Below are positions 1-8,696 of a DNA stretch of 64,000 bases, piece by piece. The first letter of the stretch is position 1. Each line of letters starts with the position of its first letter. The notes under the pieces were generated by a model. It saw nothing but the letters and a program-made list of their open reading frames with translations, had not been told where the DNA came from and did no database searches. The stretch is from Chlorokybus atmophyticus (taxonomy: Eukaryota; Plantae; Mesostigma and Chlorokybus algae): the NCBI GenBank assembly GCA_009103225.1, contig RHPI01000260.1, forward strand, positions 382,203-446,202, read 5' to 3'. The translations under genes were made by a program, and so were the position numbers.

Positions 1-1
1 G

Positions 2-3000
2 CCAACCACCACCTTTGAACCCAGCCCGTTGGACACGTATCGAGACCGCCGAGACGCCATCCAGCAGCGAATCGCCGACGCAGCCGACCTGCCTTTGGGC
101 ACTGATGAAGCACTCGGACCTCCTACAACCGCTCGTCTTCATCAGCGCTACCACGCACTGGAACAAGCATATCATTGGCGACAGGATCAAACTGCCGCCA
201 TTGCTGCACGTGAACAAGCTCTTGAAGCTACACGTGCACCAATACCTCAGTCACCAACTGCTGGTCCATCCTCCAGCACCACTCCGCTCTTCGTCGGGAC
301 CAACTCTGACCAAGCGAGGGCGTTGGCTCAACAAACCAGGGGGGTGATCGCCCCGTTGCTGCCTGCGCTGGTGGAAGATCTACCAAAGGACCAAAGGGAG
401 CCAGGGAGGGGCTACCTTACACCACAAGGGTGTACACAAAGAGATGGAGTAGGACTGGTTGGAGAGCAACAACTACGCACTGCTCTGCTGCGACAAGCAA
501 CCATGCTGCATCGGCAAGAAGGCATCGGACTGCGGCAGATGCTTGGGATGCCAGACAGTGGCAACGCGGCACGCGCACGGTTAGTGACGTGGCTGGTTAC
601 CAACCATCCCGCAGTCCCGTTGTTCGCTTTCGGCGCGAGAATAGCGTGGGTGGACGCATTCCTTCGCTCCATACGGCAAGCCTATGATGAAGTGGCTTCC
701 GCCGCCACTGACACTCTGGAGGGAGCTCTGGAGGCGATACTGAGTTTGCCAGGGGTGGAGGCAAGACGTCAGCGCAGACGCATCGCCACTGCTTACGAGC
801 AGCATGTCCAACAGCCAGAGACCCAGCTCACTGTACGCACACGAGCAATAACAGTGCTGGAAGTGGGAGTGGTCAACGGCAGATGGGATGCTTACATGGC
901 AGGGATCCTCAGGGTGCCCACCATCACCCACGACATGAGAGCGCGGCTCCTACGCGCAGTGTACCTGCAGCCCATGCCTCAGAACCATCGCTATATAGAT
1001 GCGGACAACAATGCGACGGCGACATGGGAAGGTACACTAGTCAGAGAGGCAGCCCATGCTGTGCGATGGACCTATGCAGAGGAGCAGGCTGCACGAGAGG
1101 CAGTCCCGCAAACACCAGGTCCTCCAGGGTTCCCGCCACAGCCACTGGCCACTCCTCCTGGCATGACAACAGCTGCACAGAGGGTCAACCCTCCTGCACC
1201 TCCACTTGGACAGGTTGCAGCAGCACCTCCAGTGCCTAGGCCACCGCGCGTGTACCAGCAACCGCGACAAGGACGGTTTGGACAAAGCCGAGGACAAGGA
1301 GGCCCACAAGATCCATCAGGCAGAGGAGCCCTGGCTGCCCTACGGTCAGGCCCCGCAGATGAGAATAAAGCAACAGTCTCTCCACGCAAGAGGTTCCGTC
1401 GCTTCAAGAGGCTGCGCATCAACGCCAATGCAGCCATGATCGCCAACCAAGGCAAGCATGTGACCGTCAATGGGCGGGCACCCAAACGCGTGATGCTGGA
1501 CACTGGAGCACAGCCTGTCATCATTGGGCGCTACCTCGCACGAGATCTCGGCATCACCAGCGCTGAGCTGCTTCCCTGTCCCTATCAGCTGGACACCGCA
1601 ACCGGCAACCGTGACAAGGTACTCGGCCTTACCAAGCAGGCTGTGAGCATCCGCCTCACCGGACTAAACCCTTCCCACAGCACCGAGATTGTACAAAGGT
1701 GTGTGGTCACCGATGCCGGGTCCTTTGACCTACTGTTGGGACAGGACTGCAACTTCCCTGTCGGCATGGGGCTGGACTGCTGGACTGAGCAGGCATGGTT
1801 TCGACCACATTGGGATGAGGACGATGGAGAGGAGCAGGGATTCCTACCTCTCGAACTGGTGGCCAAGGACCGCTCGCAACGAAGATCGGCTGCAGCAGCC
1901 ACCTACAGTCTTACAAAAAGCTCACGTGTGCCTCGTGCCCGAACGCAGCCGAGGACAACTGCAACGAGCTCGAGCCCGAGCCTAAACGCTGAAGAGGACT
2001 CCCCTACACCGTACGATGAGTCTCAGGAGACTGTCACCAAAGAAGTGGCCTTTCAGGAGCCATCCGAGCGTCGCTGGAGCGCACAAGTAGCAGCACACAT
2101 GCTGCTGACCAGGCCTCAGCTCACTGCACACTTCCCTGCCTACAAAGACCAGGCTACAGTGCAGGAGCAGTACCACATAGCTACGGGAGTTGTGGAGTTC
2201 CACATGTTCCGCCGACAACAAGGCATCACCGTGCTGGAGCTGTTCGGAGGCATAGGCAGTGGGCTTGCGGCTGTCCTCAACACAGGAACAACAGTCACCA
2301 AGTACCTCTACTGTGACCCTGACCCTCATGCACAGGAGGCTCTGAGCCATCATTTACGACAGCTGCACCAGCGCTACCCGCAGCAGCTACCACTGTCGGC
2401 ACTGCAAGGGAGCCAGAAGGCTCTACCGCAGGACATCCGCTGGATTACCAAGGATCACCTGCAGGCAGTCGGCAACATTGACCTGCTGATAGCAGGGTGG
2501 GAGTGTCAAGGGCACTCCAGGGCAGGCAGAGGCCAAGGGCTCTCGGATCCTCGCTCACAGCTGTTCTGGGAGCTAATGAGAGTCATCAAACTCCTACAGA
2601 TCAGTCAGATCGCTAGGCCCTTGGGGTACATCATCGAGAATGTGCACTCCGAGGATGACAAGCGGCACCACGTCGCCAAGGCCTATCGGCAAGTATGCTC
2701 CTTGCTGGGGCATCCTCTCAAAATCAACGCCGCGCGTCATGGATCTCGTGCACACCGCGTCCGCGCCAAGTGGACCAACCTGGCCATTGTGGAAGACCTG
2801 TTTCTGGCAGAGTACCTATACAGCAATCGGCCACGAAATCTCGTCGTCGATGACATCCTGGACCCTGGACGCACAGCGCAACCAGTCACACGCCTTGACC
2901 ACCACCACTTCTACCAGTGCAACCAGCCTGGTCAGCCGCGCCGCGCGCTACCCACACTAGTATCCTATCCAGGCTCCTACGCGTTCCGCAATGCAGGCGA

Positions 3001-6000
3001 CGGCATGGTGTTGGACTCCAACACTGGACAGCTGGAAGAACCCAATGCCCGCGAGCGCGAGCGTGCTATGGGATTCTTTCCAAGCAGCATCACAGGCTCC
3101 ACGCTAACAACCAGTCAACAATGTCAGTTGTTGGGGCGCGCCATGGATCAGAACAGCATGGTGTGGTACTTGGAAATGTGCTTTGCTCTCCAGGATCGCC
3201 ATGTGTCCTTCCAGGAGCTCGAACACCTGGCTGGGGGGTGGATTGCTCGCTTTTCAGAGACCAAAGCAGCACACACCGCCCTCGAGACCGCCCACATGGA
3301 GGAGCAGGCAGCAGTTACTGTGGAAGACATTCCAGTGGTCGCCAACGCTACCTCATGGTCCCACGCCATTGGACCGCTGGCCACAGGCCAGACTCGAGAG
3401 CAACTCGAGGCTCTCCTCAACAAGTGGAGGAGCCAATTCAGTTTCAGTGTGAAGGAGCTGGGCATCTGCTCAGCATACCAGATGGACATTGAACTAGTGG
3501 ACACCGAACCGGTGTTCAGAAGACAGTACCGCCTCTCCAAGCTAGAAGAAGACTTGGTGGAACAGAGGTGCAAGGCGCTGCTAGATGCAGGCCTGATCGA
3601 GGAGTCCACATCGGACTTTGCGGCCGCGACCGTCATGCCCCTGAAGAAAGATTCAGCTGGCAACTGGACAGACCGGCGCATGTGTGGCGACTATCGCCCC
3701 CTCAACAACAAGACCAAGCAGGACAGGTATCCAATGCCTACCGCAGAAGGCATCTTTGACGATGTAGGAGACTGCACGGTCTTTAGTATCCTGGATATGC
3801 GCCAAGGGTACAACCAGATCGCCATCAAGGAGGAGGACAAGCACAAGACTTCCTTCTGGGGAAACCGGCAGCTGTACCAGTGGAAGGTCATGCCCTTCGG
3901 ACTGAAGAACGCTCCGGCCAAGTTCCAGCGCGTCATGGACAAAGCCCTCAAGGGGTTGGACTTCGCGCGCTGCTACATCGACGACATCCTCATCTTCAGT
4001 CACAGCAATGAGGAGCATCTCCAGCACATCGAAGAGGTGCTACAGAGGCTGAAGGAAGTCGGGATGACGGTGCACCCTGACAAGTGCACCTTCTTCACCC
4101 ACAAGGTACCCTACCTAGGACACATGATTGTGCCCCATGGTGTGTACGTACAGCAGGCCAAAGTGGAGGCACTGGTGGCTATCCCTGCCCCCACAGACCT
4201 CACGCGGCTGCGGGCCTTCCTCGGCCTTGCCAACTATTACCGCCGGTTTGTCAAGGACTTTGCCAAGATCGCAAGGCCTCTCAACGAACTACTGAAGAAG
4301 GACACCGAGTTCTTGTGGAAGGAGGCACAACAGGAGGCCTTTCAGGAGCTGAAGCTCCGCCTCACCACAGCTCCCATTCTGCAACGCCCTGACTACACCA
4401 GGTCGTTCATCCTGCACACAGACTGGAGCAAGCTCGGCATGGGGGCCGTGCTCGTACAGCATGACAACAACAAGAAGGAGCGCGTAGTGTCGTACGCCAG
4501 CCGCAGCAACAACAGTGCTGAGGCCAACTACAGCAGCTACGAAGGGGAGTGTCTCGCCGCAGTGTGGGCCATCTCCTTCTTCCGACCCTTTCTGTTTGGA
4601 CGGCAGTTTCAACTGGTCACTGACCATCAACCCCTCAAGTGGTTAATGAACAACCAGCACCTAACAGGAAAGTTAGCACGATGGGCGTTGCTGCTCCAGG
4701 AGTACGAATTCGAGGTAGAACACCGCGCAGGCCTTGCCAACCAGGATGCGGATGGCCTCAGCCGTAACCCCCACCTCAGCACCAACGACGCCACAGGCGC
4801 CCGACATGAGTTGGGTCCTACAGCTGCACCTGCAGGTGTGGCCACCATGTTCGCTGTCGCTGCGCTACGCTCAGGACGCAGGACTCAGATCGCTGAGGCA
4901 GCAGCAGACGGGGACATGCCCGCTCTCGAGCCCGCCATCACCAGCACCGATCCTTTATCAGAAGAAGCAATCGCTGCCGACCCTGAGGTGGATGACGAGG
5001 AGCTGGCACCCACCGACACACGACAAGACATCTGGCTGGACGAGCCATCGCTCGCACTGCTTCGGACTGGAAAACTTCCAGTAGGCATGAGCGCACGCGA
5101 GAAGGACCGCGTCCGGCAACGCACTCAGCGTTACGGCTGGGCCAACGACAGGCTGTATCGACGGATACAAGATGCAGATCAGGAGGTCCCCACACCAGCT
5201 GCACGTGAAGGCATCATCTCCTCCCTTCACACCGAGCTCGGGCACTTCGGTGTCAAGCGCACGGTCAGCCTGGTCAGGACCCGGTACTGGTGGTATGGGG
5301 TGCACAGACAGGTGCGGGAGTTCGTCAGCAACTGTCAGCAGTGTGACATGGTTCGCGCCAGCCTCAACACGCGCAATGCCACCTTGCATCCCCTTCCCAT
5401 CTCCGGGTTGTTCTACCGCTGGGGACTGGACATCCTTGGAGACCTAGCGCCCTCAGCGCGAGGCAACCGCTACATCCTCGTCATGATCGAGCACTTCTCC
5501 AAGTGGGTGGAGCTGGTGCCCCTGCCCGACAAGAGCAGTGAGGGAGTAGCCCAGGCTTTCCTCTCCCATGTACTCGGACGCTTCGGCAGCTGCGCTGAAG
5601 TCATCACCGACCAGGGTACGGAGTTCAGAGGAGCCTTCGACAAGCTTATCGACAGATGCTTCATCGACCACCGTCGCACCTCACGCGACCACCCGCAGGC
5701 CGACGGCCTCGCCGAGCGTACCGTGCAGACCATCAAGAAGGCACTGCGCAAGTACGTCCTCGCCTACGAGAAGAATACCTGGGATGATCACCTCCCATGG
5801 GTAGCAATGGGCTACCGGCTGTCCAAGCAGGCAGCCCTGCGAGAGTACAGCCCATACTATCTACTGTTCGGAAGGCAGCCATTGCTCCCTTTCCGCGCAC
5901 AGCAGGAGGTCGACAGAGTGGTGGACAATCTCGACAACCCCGACGAGATGTTGTATGATCTGACAGTGCGCAGTGCGCTGTTCGAACACACAGTCCCCAT

Positions 6001-6490
6001 GGCCTTCAACAACCTGCGCATCGCGCAGCACCGCGACACGCTGCGTTACGAGCGTGTGCGCAGTGGTTTCTACAAGGAGCGGGAGCGCCGCTTCGAGTCA
6101 GGAGACTTCGTCTACCGTATGGCGTCTACACGCGACACCCTCGATACCTCCGTCGGGCGTGCTGTCTACAAGGTATTGAAGGTGCACCCCACAGGGGTAC
6201 TGGACCTGTTGGGACAACGAGGCGAGCGCATGAAGGACAACATGGTCAACTGTGCGCCCTGTCATCTCCCCTACATTGCTGGCTTCACCAAGATCCAGCA
6301 CCCGCGTCCGCTGCGCAGCACCCGATGCGAGAAGTGTGGCAGCGCCGACGACGACCCATTGATGATGTTATGCGACGGCTGTAATCAAGGCATGCACTGC
6401 TACTGCCTTGACCCTCCACTGGACGCAGTACCCTTGTGGGAGTACTGGTGCGATGACTGCCGCATCAACGGTCCCCCACACAGTCGGTAG
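2..6490 (+). CDS. Gag-Pol polyprotein, >2153 aa, uninterrupted; frame is open from base 2, so the true start is upstream
   Basis: Protease VMLDTGA (DTG at 1499-1507). RT PFGLKNAPAKFQR and YIDD (3974-3985). RNase H LHTDWSKLGMGAVL...TDHQPL. Integrase H-x4-H...CQQC zinc finger and D,D,E core (WGLDILG, ITDQGTEF, GLAERTV). Stop TAG at 6488-6490. Confidence 0.96.
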   Translation, partial: PTTTFEPSPLDTYRDRRDAIQQRIADAADLPLGTDEALGPPTTARLHQRYHALEQAYHWRQDQTAAIAAREQALEATRAPIPQSPTAGPSSSTTPLFVGTNSDQARALAQQTRGVIAPLLPALVEDLPKDQREPGRGYLTPQGCTQRDGVGLVGEQQLRTALLRQATMLHRQEGIGLRQMLGMPDSGNAARARLVTWLVTNHPAVPLFAFGARIAWVDAFLRSIRQAYDEVASAATDTLEGALEAILSLPGVEARRQRRRIATAYEQHVQQPETQLTVRTRAITVLEVGVVNGRWDAYMAGILRVPTITHDMRARLLRAVYLQPMPQNHRYIDADNNATATWEGTLVREAAHAVRWTYAEEQAAREAVPQTPGPPGFPPQPLATPPGMTTAAQRVNPPAPPLGQVAAAPPVPRPPRVYQQPRQGRFGQSRGQGGPQDPSGRGALAALRSGPADENKATVSPRKRFRRFKRLRINANAAMIANQGKHVTVNGRAPKRVMLDTGAQPVIIGRYLARDLGITSAELLPCPYQLDTATGNRDKVLGLTKQAVSIRLTGLNPSHSTEIVQRCVVTDAGSFDLLLGQDCNFPVGMGLDCWTEQAWFRPHWDEDDGEEQGFLPLELVAKDRSQRRSAAAATYSLTKSSRVPRARTQPRTTATSSSPSLNAEEDSPTPYDESQETVTKEVAFQEPSERRWSAQVAAHMLLTRPQLTAHFPAYKDQATVQEQYHIATGVVEFHMFRRQQGITVLELFGGIGSGLAAVLNTGTTVTKYLYCDPDPHAQEALSHHLRQLHQRYPQQLPLSALQGSQKALPQDIRWITKDHLQAVGNIDLLIAGWECQGHSRAGRGQGLSDPRSQLFWELMRVIKLLQISQIARPLGYIIENVHSEDDKRHHVAKAYRQVCSLLGHPLKINAARHGSRAHRVRAKWTNLAIVEDLFLAEYLYSNRPRNLVVDDILDPGRTAQPVTRLDHHHFYQCNQPGQPRRALPTLVSYPGSYAFRNAGDGMVLDSNTGQLEEPNARERERAMGFFPSSITGSTLTTSQQCQLLGRAMDQNSMVWYLEMCFALQDRHVSFQELEHLAGGWIARFSETKAAHTALETAHMEEQAAVTVEDIPVVANATSWSHAIGPLATGQTREQLEALLNKWRSQFSFSVKELGICSAYQMDIELVDTEPVFRRQYRLSKLEEDLVEQRCKALLDAGLIEESTSDFAAATVMPLKKDSAGNWTDRRMCGDYRPLNNKTKQDRYPMPTAEGIFDDVGDCTVFSILDMRQGYNQIAIKEEDKHKTSFWGNRQLYQWKVMPFGLKNAPAKFQRVMDKALKGLDFARCYIDDILIFSHSNEEHLQHIEEVLQRLKEVGMTVHPDKCTFFTHKVPYLGHMIVPHGVYVQQAKVEALVAIPAPTDLTRLRAFLGLANYYRRFVKDFAKIARPLNELLKKDTEFLWKEAQQEAFQELKLRLTTAPILQRPDYTRSFILHTDWSKLGMGAVLVQHDNNKKERVVSYASRSNNSAEANYSSYEGECLAAVWAISFFRPFLFGRQFQLVTDHQPLKWLMNNQHLTGKLARWALLLQEYEFEVEHRAGLANQDADGLSRNPHLSTNDATGARHELGPTAAPAGVATMFAVAALRSGRRTQIAEAAADGDMPALEPAITSTDPLSEEAIAADPEVDDEELAPTDTRQDIWLDEPSLALLRTGKLPVGMSAREKDRVRQRTQRYGWANDRLYRRIQDADQEVPTPAAREGIISSLHTELGHFGVKRTVSLVRTRYWWYGVHRQVREFVSNCQQCDMVRASLNTRNATLHPLPISGLFYRWGLDILGDLAPSARGNRYILVMIEHFSKWVELVPLPDKSSEGVAQAFLSHVLGRFGSCAEVITDQGTEFRGAFDKLIDRCFIDHRRTSRDHPQADGLAERTVQTIKKALRKYVLAYEKNTWDDHLPWVAMGYRLSKQAALREYSPYYLLFGRQPLLPFRAQQEVDRVVDNLDNPDEMLYDLTVRSALFEHTVPMAFNNLRIAQHRDTLRYERVRSGFYKERERRFESGDFVYRMASTRDTLDTSVGRAVYKVLKVHPTGVLDLLGQRGERMKDNMVNCAPCHLPYIAGFTKIQHPRPLRSTRCEKCGSADDDPLMMLCDGCNQGMHCYCLDPPLDAVPLWEYWCDDCRINGPPHSR
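2225..3170 (+). other. C5-cytosine DNA methyltransferase domain within the polyprotein
   Basis: Motif I VLELFGGIG (2231-2257). Motif IV AGWECQGHS with the catalytic Cys at 2504-2506 (EC rather than PC). Motif VI IIENV (2636-2644). Motif VIII-like AHRVRAKWTN. Motif IX/X-like ERERAMGF...QLLGRAM. Confidence 0.93.
6323..6462 (+). other. PHD finger (C4-H-C3) at the integrase C-terminus
   Basis: CEKCGSADDDPLMMLCDGCNQGMHCYCLDPPLDAVPLWEYWCDDC. Confidence 0.93.
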
Positions 6491-6541
6491 GAACTGAGTT
6501 CTGGAGCAGAGGGCTACCCCAGAATCTCAGGGGGGGTGGCT

Positions 6542-6843
6542 TGTTGACTGTGTGCACTACGACACAGTCTGTACACAAAGGTGGCGAGCGGCATCGGCTC
6601 GTCCACTGCACTAAACACCGCGTAGGCTCATCTTCAAGCCTATGCCCACGATTGGGGGGTTGTCTTTTGCTTGCATGACTCCAATGCAGTGCCCAGCACT
6701 AGCATGCGTGCAGCACTAGCACTCCTCTGCAGCCTGTCCGAGACAAGGTTGCCCTCGACCATGACAGGCACGACAGCCAGCACGCTACTGGGTTCCAATG
6801 CCTGAGCCCACCAAAGTATTCAACTCCACCATTCTGTTGAACA
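6542..6843 (+). repeat. 3' LTR of the DNMT-Gypsy (about 300 bp; right boundary approximate)
   Basis: Starts TGTTG right after the PPT. Candidate end ...TGTTGAACA gives TGTT/AACA termini. The partner LTR is not in the window, so the end cannot be confirmed. Confidence 0.65.
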
Positions 6844-6889
6844 AACATATTTGTGGTTAACTTATGTGGTATCGCATGCTTTGTGCATT

Positions 6890-7899
6890 AAACTCTTATT
6901 AAATCAAGCCGTGCGCATGCAACATATATACCTTGTTCATCTTGCCGTTTCGAGACACAAAGCACAGGATGACGCCTTGATCCGGGCCTAAAAAGGTCTT
7001 GTCGAGCTTGTAGATGAAAAGATCGCAGATCTCTACAGCGCGAGAAACATCTCCACGCGTGAGACACACGTGCCGTAAACACAAATCAAGCCTAGAGTGC
7101 ATAAACAAAATGTTAGACAATAAACATAATGCGAACACAAGCATCTGACTACTGTACATACCGTGCTCTCATTGCTGCTGCCTGTTTTGCTGCGTTCCCT
7201 AATCGCAGTGCCTTTTGCAACCAATACTCGCTTGTCCGTCAATAATCATCTGCAGTGTACGACTCCGCACCCGTGCCGGTCAACGGATCGCGAAACTCAC
7301 TGTTATAACAATTAAACTATAATGCATAAGGTAAATAAATAAGCAGTTGTGCAATGAAACATACTTGGACTGCAATATGTGTAATACACACACATGCTCG
7401 AAGTGTAGTACATGCATGCAGTGCTTACGCTTTTGCTTTGCTGGAGATGTTTCGTTTGGCTACATTTAGGATAAGCTGTACTGCTTGCTTCTTTCGCAAG
7501 TCTTCAGGAAAACAGTCATCTACAACACTTTGATCTTTCAAAGCATCCTGCAAGCCCTTCACATAATTCTCCAAAGTGCTCCAAGACTGGTCTTGTTTGG
7601 AGATTAGAAACTCTAACGCGCGATCAATGGTTACGCGCGTCAGTAGGCCATGCTCTGTGCACCAACCCTGCAAACATGTACATGCACACTTCAGTCAGCA
7701 TGCCATCATGTCGTCACACATTATGTTGATGCTCCAAGACACTTAGGCCTCATACCTCATAAGCCTTCACAGCGCGTGTATAGGCAGCTCTTGTGGACGA
7801 TGGTCGAGCTGCTTGCTTGGCCGATAAGAGATCCGACACTGTTCGTCTGCGTAACGGCGCATGCTGCATATCATCATCATTAAAGTCTTCGTTGTCCAT
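6890..7899 (-). mobile_element. Crypton-type tyrosine recombinase gene (intron-containing, N-terminal part; interrupted by the DNMT-Gypsy; probably defective)
   Basis: ATG at 7899. Exon ...RPSSTRAAYTRAVKAYE|gt, then ag|GWCTEHG...STLENYVKGLQ (core-binding-domain pattern). Later exon RLDLCLRHVCLTRGDVSRAVEICDLF...GPD...GKMNK matches my recollection of the Crypton/NDC10-II catalytic segment (first Arg and Lys). An in-frame TGA near 7243-7250 appears in the third exon. Confidence 0.72.
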
Positions 7900-7936
7900 T
7901 GTGGCTTGACGGGCGTTCCTGCCCACACCTCATTGA

Positions 7937-8696
7937 GTTGCCACAGCAAGACACAACAACAGCAACAACAACGACCAGCCCTTGTGCTGGTCGTTGTTGT
8001 TGTTGCCACAGCAAGACACAACAACAACCACAACAACAACAACAACGACCAGCACAAGGGCTGGTCGTTATTGTTGCCACAGCAAGACACACCAACAACA
8101 ATAACAATCGCAACAACAACGACTAGCACAAGTGCTGGTTGTTGTTGTTGTTGCTACAGCAAGACACGACGACAACAACAACAACAGCAACAACAACCAC
8201 CAGCCCTTGTGCTGGTCGTTGTTGTTGTTGCCACAGCAAGACACAACAACAACCACAACAACAACAACAACGACCAGCATAAGGTCTGGTCGTTGTTGTT
8301 GCCACAGCAAGACACACCAACAACAACAACAACAGCAACAATAACCACCAGCACAAGTGCTGGTTGTTGTTGTTGTTGCTACAGCAAGACACGACGACAA
8401 CAACAACAACAGCAACAACAACCACCAGCACTTGTGCTGGTCGTTGTTGTTGTTGCCACAGCAAGACACAACAACAACAACAACAACAACAAGCACGGAC
8501 GCTTGTTGTTGTTGCCACCGCAAGACACAACAACAACAACAAGCGCTAAGTGTTGCAACAGCAAGACACAACAACAACAACAACAACAACCAGCACTTGT
8601 GCTGGTTGTTGTTGTTGTTGCCACAGCAAGACACAGCAACAACAACAAGAGCTTGTGCTTGTTGTTGTGGTTGTGGCAACACTTAGCAAGCAACAG
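7937..8696. repeat. Tandem array of about 11 palindromic units (CAA)n-GACCAGC-core-GCTGGTC-(GTT)n separated by CCACAGCAAGACAC, with a 3-unit (about 225 bp) higher-order period
   Basis: GCAAGACAC recurs about 11 times. Unit variants repeat at about 8007/8233, 8079/8304 and 8155/8380. Confidence 0.92.

Larger units (their letters stand above)
1..6843 (+). mobile_element. Ty3/Gypsy LTR retrotransposon carrying a C5 DNA methyltransferase and PHD finger (5' end outside window)
   Basis: Single polyprotein with domain order PR-DNMT-RT-RH-INT-PHD. Polypurine tract AGGGGGGG at about 6529-6536, followed by a TG-starting 3' LTR at 6542. No 5' LTR in the window. Confidence 0.95.

Noticed and set aside
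412-6301. Numerous antisense and alternate-frame ORFs over the Gag-Pol
   Set aside because: Expected shadows of a GC-rich coding sequence; no motifs.
6488-6496. TAG GAA CTG also ends the DNMT-Gypsy ORF
   Set aside because: Readthrough would add only about 18 residues ending in the LTR start. It may be chance; noted but not claimed.
7937-8696. CRISPR or integron-cassette interpretation of the array
   Set aside because: Inter-repeat segments are CAA microsatellite variants rather than unique spacers or ORFs; there are no cas genes and the context is eukaryotic.
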